A stretch of DNA of 62,705 nucleotides, filler included, from 10 parts of 10 records of this genome joined end to end with filler, not necessarily neighbours in it, one strand, 5' to 3'; positions 45,440 to 58,770 are shown, counted from the whole stretch's first letter. Made by a program: numbers and translations. The notes: generated by a model from the letters alone, not told the origin.

Positions 45440-48409
45440 GTTCACAACCTGTGCGACCAAGTCGTCCGTGCAGTTGCCAACCTCTGCAACCACCTCTGAG
45501 CTGTACAACAACGTCACGTGCTTGTGCTCCTTTTGTGTTTTAAGCAGCTCCTTGCGAACGATTCGCAGCTCCTCCTTTAAAGCGTGCAGTTCTTGCTCCA
45601 GTTGCTTCGACGTACTGTCCCTTTTCGATGCAGACTGAATCTGCAGGAGTAGATCCGCCCGCTGTTTTCTGACGTCTGCTAGTTCCTGTCCCGATGCAGC
45701 AGCCTGCTCTGACAGTTGGCTGCGCAGCTCAGCGCAACTGGCCTCTTCCAAGGCAACTTGCTTCTTGAGGGCTAGCAATTCTTGGTGCGATGTCGCTACC
45801 TGCTCTGATAGTTGCTTTTGTAGCCCACCACAAGTTGCCTCCGAAGTGGCAAGTTGCTCTCCAAGGGCTTGTACCTTCCTTGCCTGCAGTTCTTCTTCTT
45901 CACGTTGCAGCATCTGCTCGAGCGAGTGAGCTGTGAAGTCACACCAGAAGATGAACATCATAGCAACCATGCGAGAATGTCTCCGCCTGTCCGCGCGAGC
46001 GATAGATCTCCAAATCTGCATACGAGCCGAAACAAACATCTGCCACTTGTGCCAGACGTCTGCTAATTTACTGCGAGCGACCACCATCTGCATACGATTT
46101 TGTTGGATTTTCTTCAGAGATCTATCTCTGCTCAGGCGCGACCAAGCAGCCCACACGCGCGTCGTGTGAAACTTGGCAAAGTGAGCAGTGCTTCGGACGA
46201 TCGTCCGTTGCAGAGTACGTCGCTGGGCAGCCCACCCACGCCAGCACACCACAACAGCGGTAGTAGTAGCCTTCAGTTTGTGGGCAGACGCCCTCTGAAC
46301 AAGCGCGCTCAAGTGCAAGCGCTCAGCTGCCCAGTCAGCCCACACTTTCACTGCTGCCAACAGGACTTTGCTCATCATCCTTCCCAACACGCGCTGAGTC
46401 AGCATGACTGATCGTCTGACAGAAGCCACCTTTGCACACCAGCTGCCAAACATCAAGGCAACTTCTTCCTTTCGCTTACGGGTCAGCATGCGTTCAGCTC
46501 TTAAATTGAGGACTTTACCATGGCGTACGTCTGAAACGGTTGTTCGCCACCTCCGCCATACTGACGCCAACATTGAATTGCGCAGTACGCAAAGGAAACG
46601 TTGCATCAGGAGCTTTGATGTCAAACTTTGCGTGGCTTGCGCAGACCAGCTGCGCCAAATGCGTGCCATCCGGCCGCGAGCGAGCGCTGCTGTACACCGT
46701 GCAGCCGCTCGTGCGTGCTGACGCCGAGAGGTAGTTCGACTCTTCCAGCCTGCAAACGCTTGTGTGAGTTTACTCAGGCTATCCGTTTTCCAATGCCTGC
46801 GATGTGTAGCAACAACGACGCGATAGCGCGCCACGTCTCGTGTGCACTGCACCCACGAATCAAATGCTGACACTACACAGGTATGCCGCATTCTCGAGAG
46901 TAGTCGTGCGCTCAGCAGTCTGATGCTGCGCATACTAGCGGTGTGCGTCCACCACGCCTGCAGTGCAGCGTACAGTCTGGCACGGCAGAGCCGTGTCACA
47001 GCATGTGCAACTACTGCACGATTCCTGGTCGTTGATGCTGTGAGCACATGCCAGGCTAGGAATGCACTCATCAGCTGGCGATGTGCACTTCTGAGCAGCA
47101 TTTTGGTGACGAGCCGGCGTTGCTGGGTGCACTCAGACGTCCAGCATCTCCACGCCTCAATCACCACCGCTGCAACTCTTTTCTGCTGCTGAGAACCTAT
47201 CCGCCGAGCAATCATCGCCGCCCGTCGCATCAAGCGGGCGTGTGCAGACCAGTCCTCAAGTATTGCCACAGCAGTTCCATTTTGCCAACGCTTAATCATG
47301 CGCCCAGCTAGCATCTCGGTGATAGCTCTGTGTCTCTCTGTGCTCTGCACACGATGCTGCTGCTGCTGTTCAAGCACATGCTCCTTCCCTTGTAGCTGCT
47401 GCCGCAGGGACATCATCTCCGTTTCGAGCGCTTCGATTCGGGCTTGTCCACTCTGTAGTTCTCGCTGTGTTGCTTTCATGAGCAATCGCTGTTCGTGACG
47501 AAAATTTGACCATTCAACCCACGCATCCCACGCAGTTCTCAGCGATGCAGCATCCAGTCTGATCACTCCGCGGAACGTGGCCTGAGTGGCATGCAGTTTC
47601 CATCTTTGGGTCTGAATCCGCAGCTCCTGGTTTTGTGCCTGCAACTCAGCCTTCTCAAACTCCAGCGTTGACGTGGAATTCAGCCGCTCGTCGTTGGCTG
47701 CAGCAAGTTGTGCGCGTAGGGATGTCATCTCCTTGGCCATTGTCCATGTGGTACCAGCATACTGGCTCTCTCGGGCACGCACAGCGGAGCGCATCTTGGT
47801 CAGCTCTTCCTCTAACTCCTCGACGTACTCCTTCTCCTCTTGTAGCTTTTGCCTCTCGTCGTCTAGTGCCACCCGCAAGTCTCGCTTCGCCTGCTTGAGC
47901 TTCGCCACCTGATCTACCAGGACTTCTTTCGACCGCGGGGACGCGTCCTTTGAGCCGGTAACGACCGGTACTACCTCGTCATCCAGCAACTGTGCTGCAT
48001 CACCCGTTGCCAAGGGCGCGTTCGGGTGAATCGTCGGTGGGTGTTGGCACCTCGCCGCACGAGCGCGGCTCAGGTGTCGTGCTGCAGCCTCCGCACGCCG
48101 CTCGTCCACCCGCTCCTGCTCTGCTGACATCGAGTGGTGAGCTTGTGGTTCTCGCCGTGTCGGGCTGGGCGTCCTCGCTGGATTGTCCTCCTCGGGCCAC
48201 TGCATCCCGCTGACATTGGGCGGCCGGCCGCGACCGCTCGGGCTGCGAACCGCACAACGTTCAGGCTCGCACGGCGAGCCCGGCGCGCTCACCGCCACCG
48301 ACGGCGGCGTCCTGCGATGCTTCTCCAAGGGCCCGCCCGACCGCACCGGCGTCGTCTCCTCGTCACTCCCAAGACTCGCAGCCGCAGTGTAATCCGAAGG
48401 CCGAGGCAT
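45440..48409 (-). CDS. Coiled-coil protein with Sfi1-like (centrin-binding) Trp repeats, 3' partial
   Basis: About 15 basic helical repeats of roughly 33 aa with L..AF..W (LMSAFLAWH, VVSAFDSWV, LTQAFAGWK, LASVWRRWR) between two coiled coils; ORF runs into the spacer. Confidence 0.7.
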
Positions 48410-49252
48410 CCCGCCGCCGCCCCGCTGTCCGTCCTAACACATCTGCCCGTCCGTCCTAACACGTCTCCCTCGCTCGCATCTCGCAGCTGGTGCGCAACAC
48501 ACTCAGCAGGGCCGCCACCACCACCATCATCGGCTACCTTGCTGTCTGTTGTCTTCGGCATGCACCATGCAGTGTCACCGGCGGCTCCTCAAATTCTGCA
48601 TTCTCACTGACTCGGTGAGTGAGTGAGTCGAGCGGCCGATCACATAAACATATGCATTGTGCTGGCGCTAACACGCCGAGACTGGCACGGAACGTGGTGG
48701 ACGTGGCCATGGTGGGGGCGATGTGCGCCGCTGGTAGCGCGAGCGGCGATGCACATCGGTCTGGAAGTGCGCTAGCTAGGGCAGGTGAGGAGCTGGAGGT
48801 GCGGGCTGCGGGGGCGCAAGAAGGGGCAAGGGCCCAAGCTAGGCGACGTAATCCGCGCCCTTCGTCTCGGCGCCGAAGGTGGTGTTGGGCAGATTTCCCG
48901 TAATCTAGTTAGTAGTTTATGGGCGGGTTGTCTAGTCGAAGTGGTACTTGTTTGCCCCCGGCTTTTCGCCTGGATAACCAAAGAGATGTATCGGCGGTTT
49001 AGTTACATCCAGCGGGTGTGTCTCCTTTGTGCCTTTCGGTGGACGACCCACTGAGCATTGATCCTACGTCCGCAAACCATTCGTCCTTGGCCGGTGCTCG
49101 ATCGGTTCCGGCCCTGACCGGAGTTGAGGAAGAACGGGAGCTGATGGTGGTTTTAACTACCCCCATAGAAAAAGTGAATGGTCGATTAGCCGAACGGCTC
49201 AATGTCGAACGGGTGCTCACCAACAAAGCCGCCGTTACGTGATCCGCGACCG

Positions 49253-49352
49253 NNNNNNNNNNNNNNNNNNNNNNNNNNNNNNNNNNNNNNNNNNNNTTAA
49301 TTAATTAANNNNNNNNNNNNNNNNNNNNNNNNNNNNNNNNNNNNNNNNNNNN
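49253..49352. other. Artificial contig spacer
   Basis: N44-TTAATTAATTAA-N44. Confidence 0.99.
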
Positions 49353-49446
49353 AATCCTCAATACCATGTATCATGATGTGATGTCGGTAGGACTAAATTC
49401 AAGCAAATTGCGGGGCAGGGTGCAAATATCCAACCCACCCTCTGAG

Positions 49447-52400
49447 ATGGGGAACGAGCTGTCGTCGCTGTGCTGTGGCGCCCCGGAGGCGGAGGAGGAG
49501 GAGAGCGGCAGTCGGCGGTTGGTGGTGGCGGGCGTGACGGACACTGTAAGGAGATCGATCCCCGCGGAGTAGCGACAGCGACAGCGCAGCGCAGCACTGA
49601 AGCTCTCGCTGTCCGTCCGTCCGTCTGCCTGTCTCCTCCTCCTCCGCCTCCGGGGAGTGCGCGTGTGTGTGTGTGTGCGCTGCGTATACGGCGCTGTATG
49701 ACGTTCGCTCGGCTGCCGTTGTGTGTGTGGGGGGGTGGGACGTGTGTGCGGGCGTGCGTGCGTGTTGGCGGAGCAGGCAGAGCTCACGCGGAGCAGCACA
49801 CCGGCACCGGTGCCATCGCAGCTCAACAACCCCGGCGAGGTGCAGAAGAAGTCGGCCAATGCGCGCGCTCACCTCGACGATGCTGAGGATCCAAGGGTGG
49901 GCAATGCGTCGCCGCCGTCGAGGACCGACTTTGCTGCCGACGAAGAGACCAGGGCAGCGGCTGCCGCCGCGGCTACAAAGCGCGCCGAAGCGCGTAAAGC
50001 CGAGGTGGCGAGCCTCCGAGAGGCCCTCGCGACCGCGCTGCGAGACGCTCAGGACGAGCTCCTCGCGGCACTGGACGGACCCGAGCTCGGCACTGAGCTA
50101 GCAGAGCTGGCGGAGATGGTCGACAACATCGCCGCGGACGATGTCGAGCGCTTCCAGGTCAGGGTGAACAAAGCCATTGTACGTGCGCGTAGCGCCGCCG
50201 AGGCGCGGAGGGAGCGTGTCCGTGCCGCACAAGAGGCGGCAAAGGCAGAGCAGGAGGCATTGCGCCAGGCAGCACAGGAGGCCGCGGAAGCGAGACGCCT
50301 TGCGGAGGCGGAGAGGGTCTTGAACGAGCAGATACGCAAGGCTGCCGAGGAGCAGGCAGAGCAGGAAGCAGCCGCCGCTGCAGCGGCGGCAGCAGCGGAA
50401 GCTGAGCATCAGAGGGAAACGGCAGCGGCGGCCGCTCAGCACGAAGCCGAACTCGCGGCAGCAGAAGCCGCTGAGAGGGAGCGACTGGAGGCTGAACGCC
50501 GGGCGCGGCTAGAAGTCGAGGCAGCAGAGGCCGAGCGGATCGCTGCCGAGGCGGCAGCTGCAAAAAGGGCCGAAGAAGACGCTCTAGCGGCCAAGCTGGC
50601 GGCGGAGCTGGCAGCAATGGAAGCCGAAGACGCGAGAGTTGCCGCTGAGGAGGCAGAAGCTGCGGCGAAGGCCGAGCACGAGCGCGCTGAGCGCGAAGAG
50701 GCTGAGCGTACAGAGGCCGCACTGCAGGCCGCAACGCTGGATGAAGCACTGCACGGTGGCGTGGATGATGTACGCAAGCTGCTGATGCAGCGGGTTGAGC
50801 TGAATACGCTCGACGGATCGGATACCAAAGCCGTCTACACAGAGCAGTGGGAAGAGAAGTGGGACAACTTCAGTGAGTCGCGCGATCCAGATGGCGAGAT
50901 CCTGATTCATAGGATGGTCAAACTCCTCACAGACACTAGCACGAAGTGGACAGACCCAGATTTCCCTGCGGATAATTCGTCGCTGTTCAAGGGCGAACTC
51001 TCGAACGACCAGATCGCCGCAATTGCTGATGGCGAGCAGACTTTTCGCAAGGATCGGGACCCTTTCCTCGCGGGTGTGGATGGCATCGAGTGGAAGCGCG
51101 CAGCAGACCTACTGGATCCCGATGAGCCAGTAGTAGTATGGAGCGCTGATATCCACTCCGACGACATTCAGCAGGGGCGGCTAGGTGACTGCTACTACCT
51201 CGCTGCCTTGGCATCTTGCGCAGTCGGCGTCCAGGACATCTTAATCCGTGATCTGATCGTTGAAGAAGGCATGCCTGTTGGCATGTTTGGTGTGAAGTTC
51301 TACTTGCATGGTCGCTGGGTCACCGTGCCGGTCGATGACTACTTTCCATGCACACTATCGGGAGGACAATGGCGCCCGATCTTTGCCTCGCCGAGCACGG
51401 GCGCCCACCAGGCTGGCAGCGAAAAGGAGATCTGGCCCATGGTATTCGAAAAAGCGTGGGCGAAGCTGCACGGGTCATACGAAGCGACAGCTGGTGGTCA
51501 GACATGCGATGCGCTCAACTATCTGTCCGGGGGAATTGTTCGCCACATCCATTGCCACGTCGACAATGAGGAAGAGTGGCAGCAGCTGCTGAGCCTACAG
51601 GAAGAGCATAACAAGCATGAAATAGTGCATGACAAGGAGCACAACCCGTTTCTCTCGTGCTCTGTGTCGAGTGCTGTCGATGAAGCGCAGTGCAAGCTCG
51701 GCGGTTTGATCAACGGTCATGCCTATTCCGTGCTTTGTATTGTAGAAACCGCGGGTGGGCACCGGCTGCTAAACCTCCGAAACCCATGGGGCAGTTACGA
51801 ATGGAATGGAGACTTCAGCGACGAAAGCGACAAATGGACACCAGAGCTTAAGTTAGAGGTTGGCGCTGATGACTCTGAGGGCGACGGTGTGTCATGCCAA
51901 CTCGTCCACTCACCACTTCACACATAGACATGATCGCTATAGAAGCATGTCTATTATCGGTGGCTGTGTTCCAACTAACGCACACTACTTGTTTCGTTGT
52001 CCGCCGTGCTAGATGGCTCTTTCTGGATGTGCTGGAACGACTTTTGCAAATATTTCGATGAAGTTGGCGTGTGTGACCCAATGTTCATCTCAAAGGCTCT
52101 GCTCGAAGAAGGCGCAAGTTTTGCAGACAAGTGCCACACTCACGTCCAGACGGTCGGATCGGAATGGAAAGCTGGGGTCAATGCAGGCGGGCGACCAGGG
52201 TTCTGCCTTGCTTCACGCTCCGAGACAACCACCTTCAAATACAACCCAACCTTTTCCATCAAGGCCGACGCAAATCAGGTCATTGTCCAGATGTACCAGC
52301 CTGACACACGTGGAGATCCATCGCCCCAGCGTCCGTGGCTGGACATGTATCTTTATCTGATCGACCCAAACGATCCTACCTCACCGGCACCGAAGCGAAT

Positions 52401-53223
52401 TCTTTACCTGCAGCGACGACAGCAGTACGTCATTGTGGATGTTGAAGCTGGGAAGGAGTACCGTCTTGTTGCAGCCGCCTGGGGACCAGGTGTGACCGGT
52501 CGATTTTGGATCAGCGCTGCCGCAAAAGGGCTTGAGTTCAACTGCCCGCAGTTACCCCCACCAGATGCAGCCGCGGCGGAGCAGATGGGGCCTGCGGCTT
52601 TGCGCGCCGACAGTCGCGTTGCACTGTGCGTAAAATGCGGGCAGGGTCCCATCAAAGGACGATACTACGAGCTGGAGGAGGGCCAGTGTCACTCTGAATG
52701 CTACGAGGACTACATCCTCGAGCGCAAGAAAGCCACCGCTACCAAGTGTTTCCACTGCGGTGAGCGAATCATGGAAGACTCTTGGTCTGTTTTCGAGGAA
52801 GAAGACGGCAGCAAGATCAGTGTTCATAAAGATTGCGCCGAGGATTATCGACTATCCAAGGCACCCAAGTGTGAACAGTGCAAGGAAGCACTGGTCGGTG
52901 GCTACGTGGTTCTCGGTGGTGCCAACCTCCATAAGGGCTGCGTAGACGCCTACCGAGAAGCCCAGGCCCCAAAGTGCCCTCAGTGTGGCAACGCGGTCAT
53001 GGGCTCTTATTATCCCTACAGTTCGGATCAGACAAGCAGTGGCAAGGACGAGCAGGTACTTGCTCCAGCCAATGGTTCTCTTGACTGCGCTTCATTTTTG
53101 CATTCAAATTCTGTACTGTTTAGACTGCTGGTCAAGGTTCTCATCATTTTCTCGGACCAGGTACATGTCGAGTGCTCCGACGCGTATGATACGGCGGTCA
53201 AGGCCGCGAAAGCGCGCCCCTGA
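49447..53223 (+). CDS. Calpain-family cysteine protease: acylation signal, E/A/R-rich coiled coil, CysPc, domain III, four CxxC..HxxC zinc fingers; exons 49447-49545, 49777-51886, 52013-53055, 53161-53223
   Basis: Triad QQGRLGDCYYLAAL / NGHAYSVL / LRNPWG; EKAWAKLHGSYE. Intron 51887-52012 (ACTAAC branch) restores DDGSFWM; intron 53056-53160 restores EQ|VHVEC. First exon MGNELSSLCC. Confidence 0.88.
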
Positions 53224-53772
53224 AGATCCTATTCGGCGCCAGATCCAGGATTGACAGACCCTTGAGCTTCTGAAAGGTTTCGTACGGAGGCGAGCCACGC
53301 ACCAAGGTAGGTAGGCACCGAACTAGGGTAGCCTAGCATGCGGGCTGTGCATGTGATTTACACGGGACGATATTGTGCCAAGGATGAGTTGCATCGTATC
53401 CCATCCAGGGCATCCGTTCGCCCGAGCCCACTGCATTTCAACATCAGGCCGGTACTAGTAGCGGAGCACCCACGGCAGCTGTGCGTGCTGTGGGTGCCCC
53501 CTCCCAGTCCACGTTCCCGCCGAATTATGGGATTCTCTTGACTCAGGGACCGGGGGTAGGCCGGAGACGCTCGCTCGCTCGGGAGCGCCCGACCAGTGCA
53601 ACAACAGGGCGAATGGGTCCATAGCACTAGTTGGGGTTGCAAAATGTCCATTAGCTTCTGCAACATGTGCACCTCCGCCGGCACCTCAACACCTCTTAAC
53701 GGCGGCGCTCACCACAGCGCGCCTCCCACTGCGCCTCTGCCCCCAAGCCGCACCTCTACAGAACCGCCGCGC

Positions 53773-53872
53773 NNNNNNNNNNNNNNNNNNNNNNNNNNNN
53801 NNNNNNNNNNNNNNNNTTAATTAATTAANNNNNNNNNNNNNNNNNNNNNNNNNNNNNNNNNNNNNNNNNNNN
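53773..53872. other. Artificial contig spacer
   Basis: N44-TTAATTAATTAA-N44. Confidence 0.99.
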
Positions 53873-53898
53873 GCAGCAGCAGCAGCAGCAGCAGCAGC
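53873..53898 (+). repeat. (GCA)8 microsatellite at contig end
   Basis: Directly visible; lies in the putative intron of the aminopeptidase and is a likely cause of the contig break. Confidence 0.9.
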
Positions 53899-53945
53899 TG
53901 CACTAACTCTCAGAAGACCATTGGATTCGTGCAGTGCAAACTCAC

Positions 53946-54572
53946 CTCTACGGTATCTGTGTTCATCTGCTCAGTCGGCGTTTCTGCGAGTCGAGCACTA
54001 AGACGCACGGCATTGAAAGCTACTGGCGCAACCACAGAGACGGCCGGTCCTTCGAGCAACTTTGCATCACTTCCGACAAAGCCGACGACGATGCTCGGAG
54101 TCGCCGCTGCTGCGGAGGACTTGCGATTGAAGATTGGACACGCCCGTGCAATTGCCCGCCCCGCTGGCTCAACGGCGTTGTCGGTCGGTAGCACGACGAG
54201 TACGGCAGCGTTGCTGCCATCTGCGAGGCCGGCATCCACCAGCCCACCACTCATTGCCATCGAGTGTGTCTTCGAGTACAGCCGGCTGGCCGAGTCGGGC
54301 AGTGGCACGAACACCAGTTGCCTAAGCTTGCTAGGCCCGTCGACGTAGGTGGCAATCGAACTGCCTTCCACACTCGCACTGGCGTCCTCAGCCATCGCCA
54401 CCGTCGCTGGAGAGGCCAGGACGGCCGCCAGTGCCGGCGCACCACCTGCGAGCACCGCCCACGCCGAGCCATCCTTCAGCGCGGCTGCGGGCGCCACGAC
54501 CACGACTTTTTCTGCGCTTTCCACCGAGATTAAGAAATCGTCCGCAGAGGCAGGAAAGGTAACGTGGGCCAT
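53946..54572 (-). CDS. NPEPL1: M17 aminopeptidase NPEPL1-like, first exon only (3' partial)
   Basis: LPDSASR..H, AIARACPIFNRKS, AVRLSARLAETPTEQMNTD match the NPEPL1 N-terminal half; donor GAG|GTGAGT at 53945; catalytic domain is off-contig. Confidence 0.7.
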
Positions 54573-55158
54573 TAACAGTGCACCTCGCGCGAGGAGGAAG
54601 GCGGGCTTGCCAGTGCCGTCGGCCGCGGTCGTGCGCCGCCACGCGTGTGCTCGGCGCGTGGTCGGTATCATCACGAGTATACGCCGCCGCTTGCGCCATG
54701 CTCGGGCGCGGGACTATCGGATATATATTGATAATAGATCTACTACCGTGTGCCGTACTTGAGTACACGAATTCACACCGCACTCGATTCAATCGTCGTA
54801 CATGTCGGAATTAGGCACGATGAATCGATGGTGCTTGATGTATTCTCGCGCTCAAAGACGATAGATCTAGCTAGAGTTCAGGAGTACCAGTAGCGGGAAC
54901 GTGCACTATCGGAACAGCGCGGGCGCGCAAACTCTTACGAAATCCGTCATGCACATGCAGGAGCCGAGGCGCCCGCGCGCGCCACTGCGGTCGCAAACGC
55001 AGCTCCTGTCTAACCTTCAAGAGTGCGTTCTTTTGTTTTCTGGCTGGGCCGTCTTGGTCACAAGCGTCATTCTCCCCATTGCCAGATTCATGCGCCAGTA
55101 TTCAACAATTCATTCCGTCCAACACGTTTGCTACAGCAGCTACCCCAGTACACCATCG

Positions 55159-58100
55159 TTACATTGTGACAGCTTTGATGACGACATCGTCCACCCACAC
55201 CGTCGCGCCATAGTCCTTCCCCTCAAAAGTTTTGGGGGTCACTCGTAGCTGCAACGCCGTACCGTTGTGGTGCGTTGATGCCACAGGGACGTGCACCATC
55301 GCCGCCAGTCGTTGCCACTTCTGCCCACCACTCACGTCTGCGACCGATTCGCCACGGTAAGCTGCTTGAATGTCAGGTGAGGCCTCCTTGATGGTTCCGT
55401 TGCGCACAGACCAGTAACCGGACATGAGCTCGATCATCGTGCCTGGGGGTGAGGCCTGCACAGAGAGCCGCACCTCATACGTCGCTGCCACATCAAACAA
55501 GCAGCAGCAAATGGCCCCATTATATAGTACACGGTGAGTGCAGACAAGATAGTGTTCGACTTGGGGTTCTGAACTTACCTCCTGGAGCCAGAATGACGCT
55601 GGTTGAGAACACTTTCGTCCCCGGTGGCGGTGCATGCTTCGAACCCCAGCTTGCGTCTGCAGGTGGCTTCACCAGTTCAGCGCCAGCCAGTGGAAACACA
55701 ACTGGCTTAGCAGATGGAACCTTGATCTTCACAGAGTGGCGCCCTTCAGCCGCAACAGCAGTGTCACTCGTCATGGTCACCCGTGGATCAGCGTCGCCGT
55801 ATGTGGCCTGGGCCCACCCAGGCATATGCGCCAGCGCTGGTGCCTCCATGGTCGGATTTGTCGCAAGATTATCTGGGTCGGCAGTTGCGAGGTCGCAGCC
55901 GATCCGATAGAGGTTCGTTTCGCCAGGAGCTATGTAGTCACGCGCAGGAAGCCACGTGGGATCTGCCGAACCGGCGCCCGTGCTGACATTGACGCTGACC
56001 CCTGCATTAGCACCACATAATCCAAACGATTGTTATTCAAGCCTGGACGTGAAGGCTATTATGCTGAGTGCCACACACCAGGCGTAAATATCCTCTTCGC
56101 TTGCAAAGCATCGCCTGCTGGAGGACGGCCCCCAACGATCTCGAATTCGAAGTGAGCGTAACTCGAGGTGTTGGAGTTCACCACTGCAATGTGAGCGCAG
56201 AACAAAGCAGGTGCTGCCGGTGCCTCCTGCCAAAGCTTGTGGATCAGAGGCGATGGTACCAGGTCTTCGTCGACCGCTGACCCATCCATATGCAACATAC
56301 GCACACGGACGGACTGAACGGTGTCCATTGCAGAAAATCCTCCACTGTGTCGGATCGAGGGGACGATCTCTAACATTTGCCGTGCAAAATTTGCCATCAC
56401 CGCATCACCTGTCACATCAAGCGAGTCTCTCTTGTAAACAGAAGAACGCGAAAGATGGGACAAATGCGCTGCGAGAGGGAAAGAGGGAGACCGAGACAGA
56501 CAGGCAGACAAACAGACGAACAGAAATACTCGTTGTCGAACAGCTACTCACCCCTGGCATCACCTCCTTCGATAAAATTGAGTTGGTCGTACATGCCCTG
56601 TCACATCAATCAGTCTTTTTGTTCAAACGTCTGAGTTGCATCTAAAGTTCCAATTGGGCCAATCAACTTCATTTCATTCGTGTTAAAGCACTCGCAAAAT
56701 CAAAAGCGCTGGCAAATTAACGCGGTAATTACCGCTGTGATGACCCCTTCCCACATTTCTGAAAACAAGATCGTCTCACCTGCACCGCAGTCCGTTACAG
56801 TTTGCCAATTGCTGCCGAACCCTGGGCAGTTGCATAGTGGCTCGAACGGAATTCCATTCCGCAGCCGCCCGTCGTTGCCCACTCCAGTCGACCATGTCCC
56901 ACCATTCCTGTGGCTAGTCAACCCACCTCCATAATTTTCAATCATGACGTCTGCGAAAAACAATACACATGTGGATTAAAACTGATGGTCAACAATTCAC
57001 TCCTCCTCCAGGGTAAAATGCGTACAGTCCAAGCTGAGCTGCGTATGGGGCTGCTCTCCGAATCCGATGATCGCATCTGAAAAGGTGGCCGTCGGCTCCA
57101 CAGGCGACGACGGCACGTCGGAAAAGATATAGTTATCCGCGCAGTCAGACGCTCCGATGACGATATGATAAGGATCTAGAGCCTTGATGTAATTGTACGC
57201 CTGCGATTGGAAAGCAGTGCCTGCGTGGAGTAGTGCTATTCAGTCAGTACTGCAGGTACTGGTGGCAGGGCAATTCATACACGACCAGGGGCGTACCCGT
57301 GTCTGACTTGCAGCAGTCATCACAGACTACATCAGCACGCAACAAAATGTGAGCGACGAAAACAATCCTCGTCACCAAGACTGTCAAACAATGGAAACGA
57401 AAACGCGGTAGTCGTACTGTAGTATCCGAGAAGCGCAGGGTGGTGTTTGACCAGATGGATGACGTCTTTCAGCCAAGCAAGCTTCGTAGAGTCGTTGAAG
57501 CACAAGCCTCGCATGCCTCGGAGTTCAGCCTGGATTGGATCACCACAATCGCTCAGTTGCTGCCCTACCTCGTACATCACTTTAAACCCACTTGCAGCAA
57601 GTTGATCGAGCACATGGAGCTGGCGCTCTGGAGGATAGGTGAACATGCGATATATCATTCCTTGATTAACGCCTACCGGTGCTTGCGCATGCGCGAGGTA
57701 ATCGGTCATGTTGTCAAAGGTGGCGAACCCACGGCCAGACTCGACGCCACTCATACCGTCCAAATACCAGCCAATACCGACGTAAGGGCGCCCGTCGACA
57801 CGAAGGCCGCGGGCAGCATGGTCGACCTGCACAGGAAGTGCCGAGGATGAGTTCGACAGTGGTGGTGCGCGCATGAACCGCCGTAGTTTCGTGAAGGAAT
57901 GTCCGGTCGAGAGCTTGACGACGACCTTCACGTCCTGGTTGATCAGCTCAGGCATGTGATCGAACGCGAACCTGAGTACAGCTCGCGGACGGGCTACCAC
58001 GGTCCATTTCTGCGTGCGCGCGGGTTCGCAGAAGGGCAGCTCCATCGTGATCTCAGCGATCGGAGCTGCCGTGGTGTCTGACCACACGAGCAAGCTGGCA

Positions 58101-58627
58101 TCCTCCTCCTGACCGACAATGTAGGGGCGGAGCCCGAACGCCACTGCGACCGACTCAAACCACTCAGCCTGCAAACCATTGCCCCAGGTCGTGCCATTGT
58201 CGGTGCTGATGTAGACCATCCCTGGGCCCGCGGCGTCCACGCGTCCGCCGTACACAGTGACGCAGCTCGCGTTGGCGCGACCCACACGCAGCTCGACGGT
58301 CTGCAGCTGGCCACCCTTCCAAGGCCCGAGACTTGTACCATTGAACCACCCACTCGGGCCGTACCAGCTGCGCGCTGGGATATTGAGCGTGCTGGAGACC
58401 TCGCGGACCTGGGCACGCAGCAGCTCGTCATTGCTGTACTCGTTGTTCAGCGTGGTCGTGCCTTCAAATGCCGGTGTAGTGGTGCAGCCGACGCCACACA
58501 CGGTGTGGTGGCCACCGCCCTCCATTGGAAAGCGGAGCACAGGCGCTGATAGCGCATGATCTGCGGCAGCACTGACCGCGCTCGCCGTGGAGAAGAGCGT
58601 GGATAGCAGCGCCAGCACAACCAGCAT
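55159..58627 (-). CDS. Secreted putative glycoside hydrolase-like protein (TIM-barrel-like core plus C-terminal CBM-like beta-sandwich); exons 58627-57418, 57326-57297, 57220-57026, 56950-56733, 56597-56552, 56408-56079, 56001-55579, 55484-55159
   Basis: Seven GT-AG introns (91, 76, 75, 135, 143, 77, 94 nt) give one open frame: GLRVDGRPYVGIGWY, HPALLGYYICDDCC, YNYIKALDPYHIVIG, LSLDYVMIENY, NLATNPTME, AAEGRHSVKI, VWVDDVVI. Signal peptide MLVVLALLSTLFSTASA. Confidence 0.65.
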
Positions 58628-58770
58628 CAGGCTGATCGCCGACGGACGCAGGTCGCCCGCGGCACCGCGCGTGCACGCCGCAAGCATGCAACTTGCATGC
58701 GCGGCGGCACGGCCACGCGAGCCTAGCTAGATAGAGACATATACACACATGAATCCGCGTGGTCGTGACC

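Noticed and set aside
48427-48462. 14-nt direct repeat gtccgtcctaacac upstream of the Sfi1-like start
   Set aside because: Two copies only with no further structure; probably a local slippage duplication.
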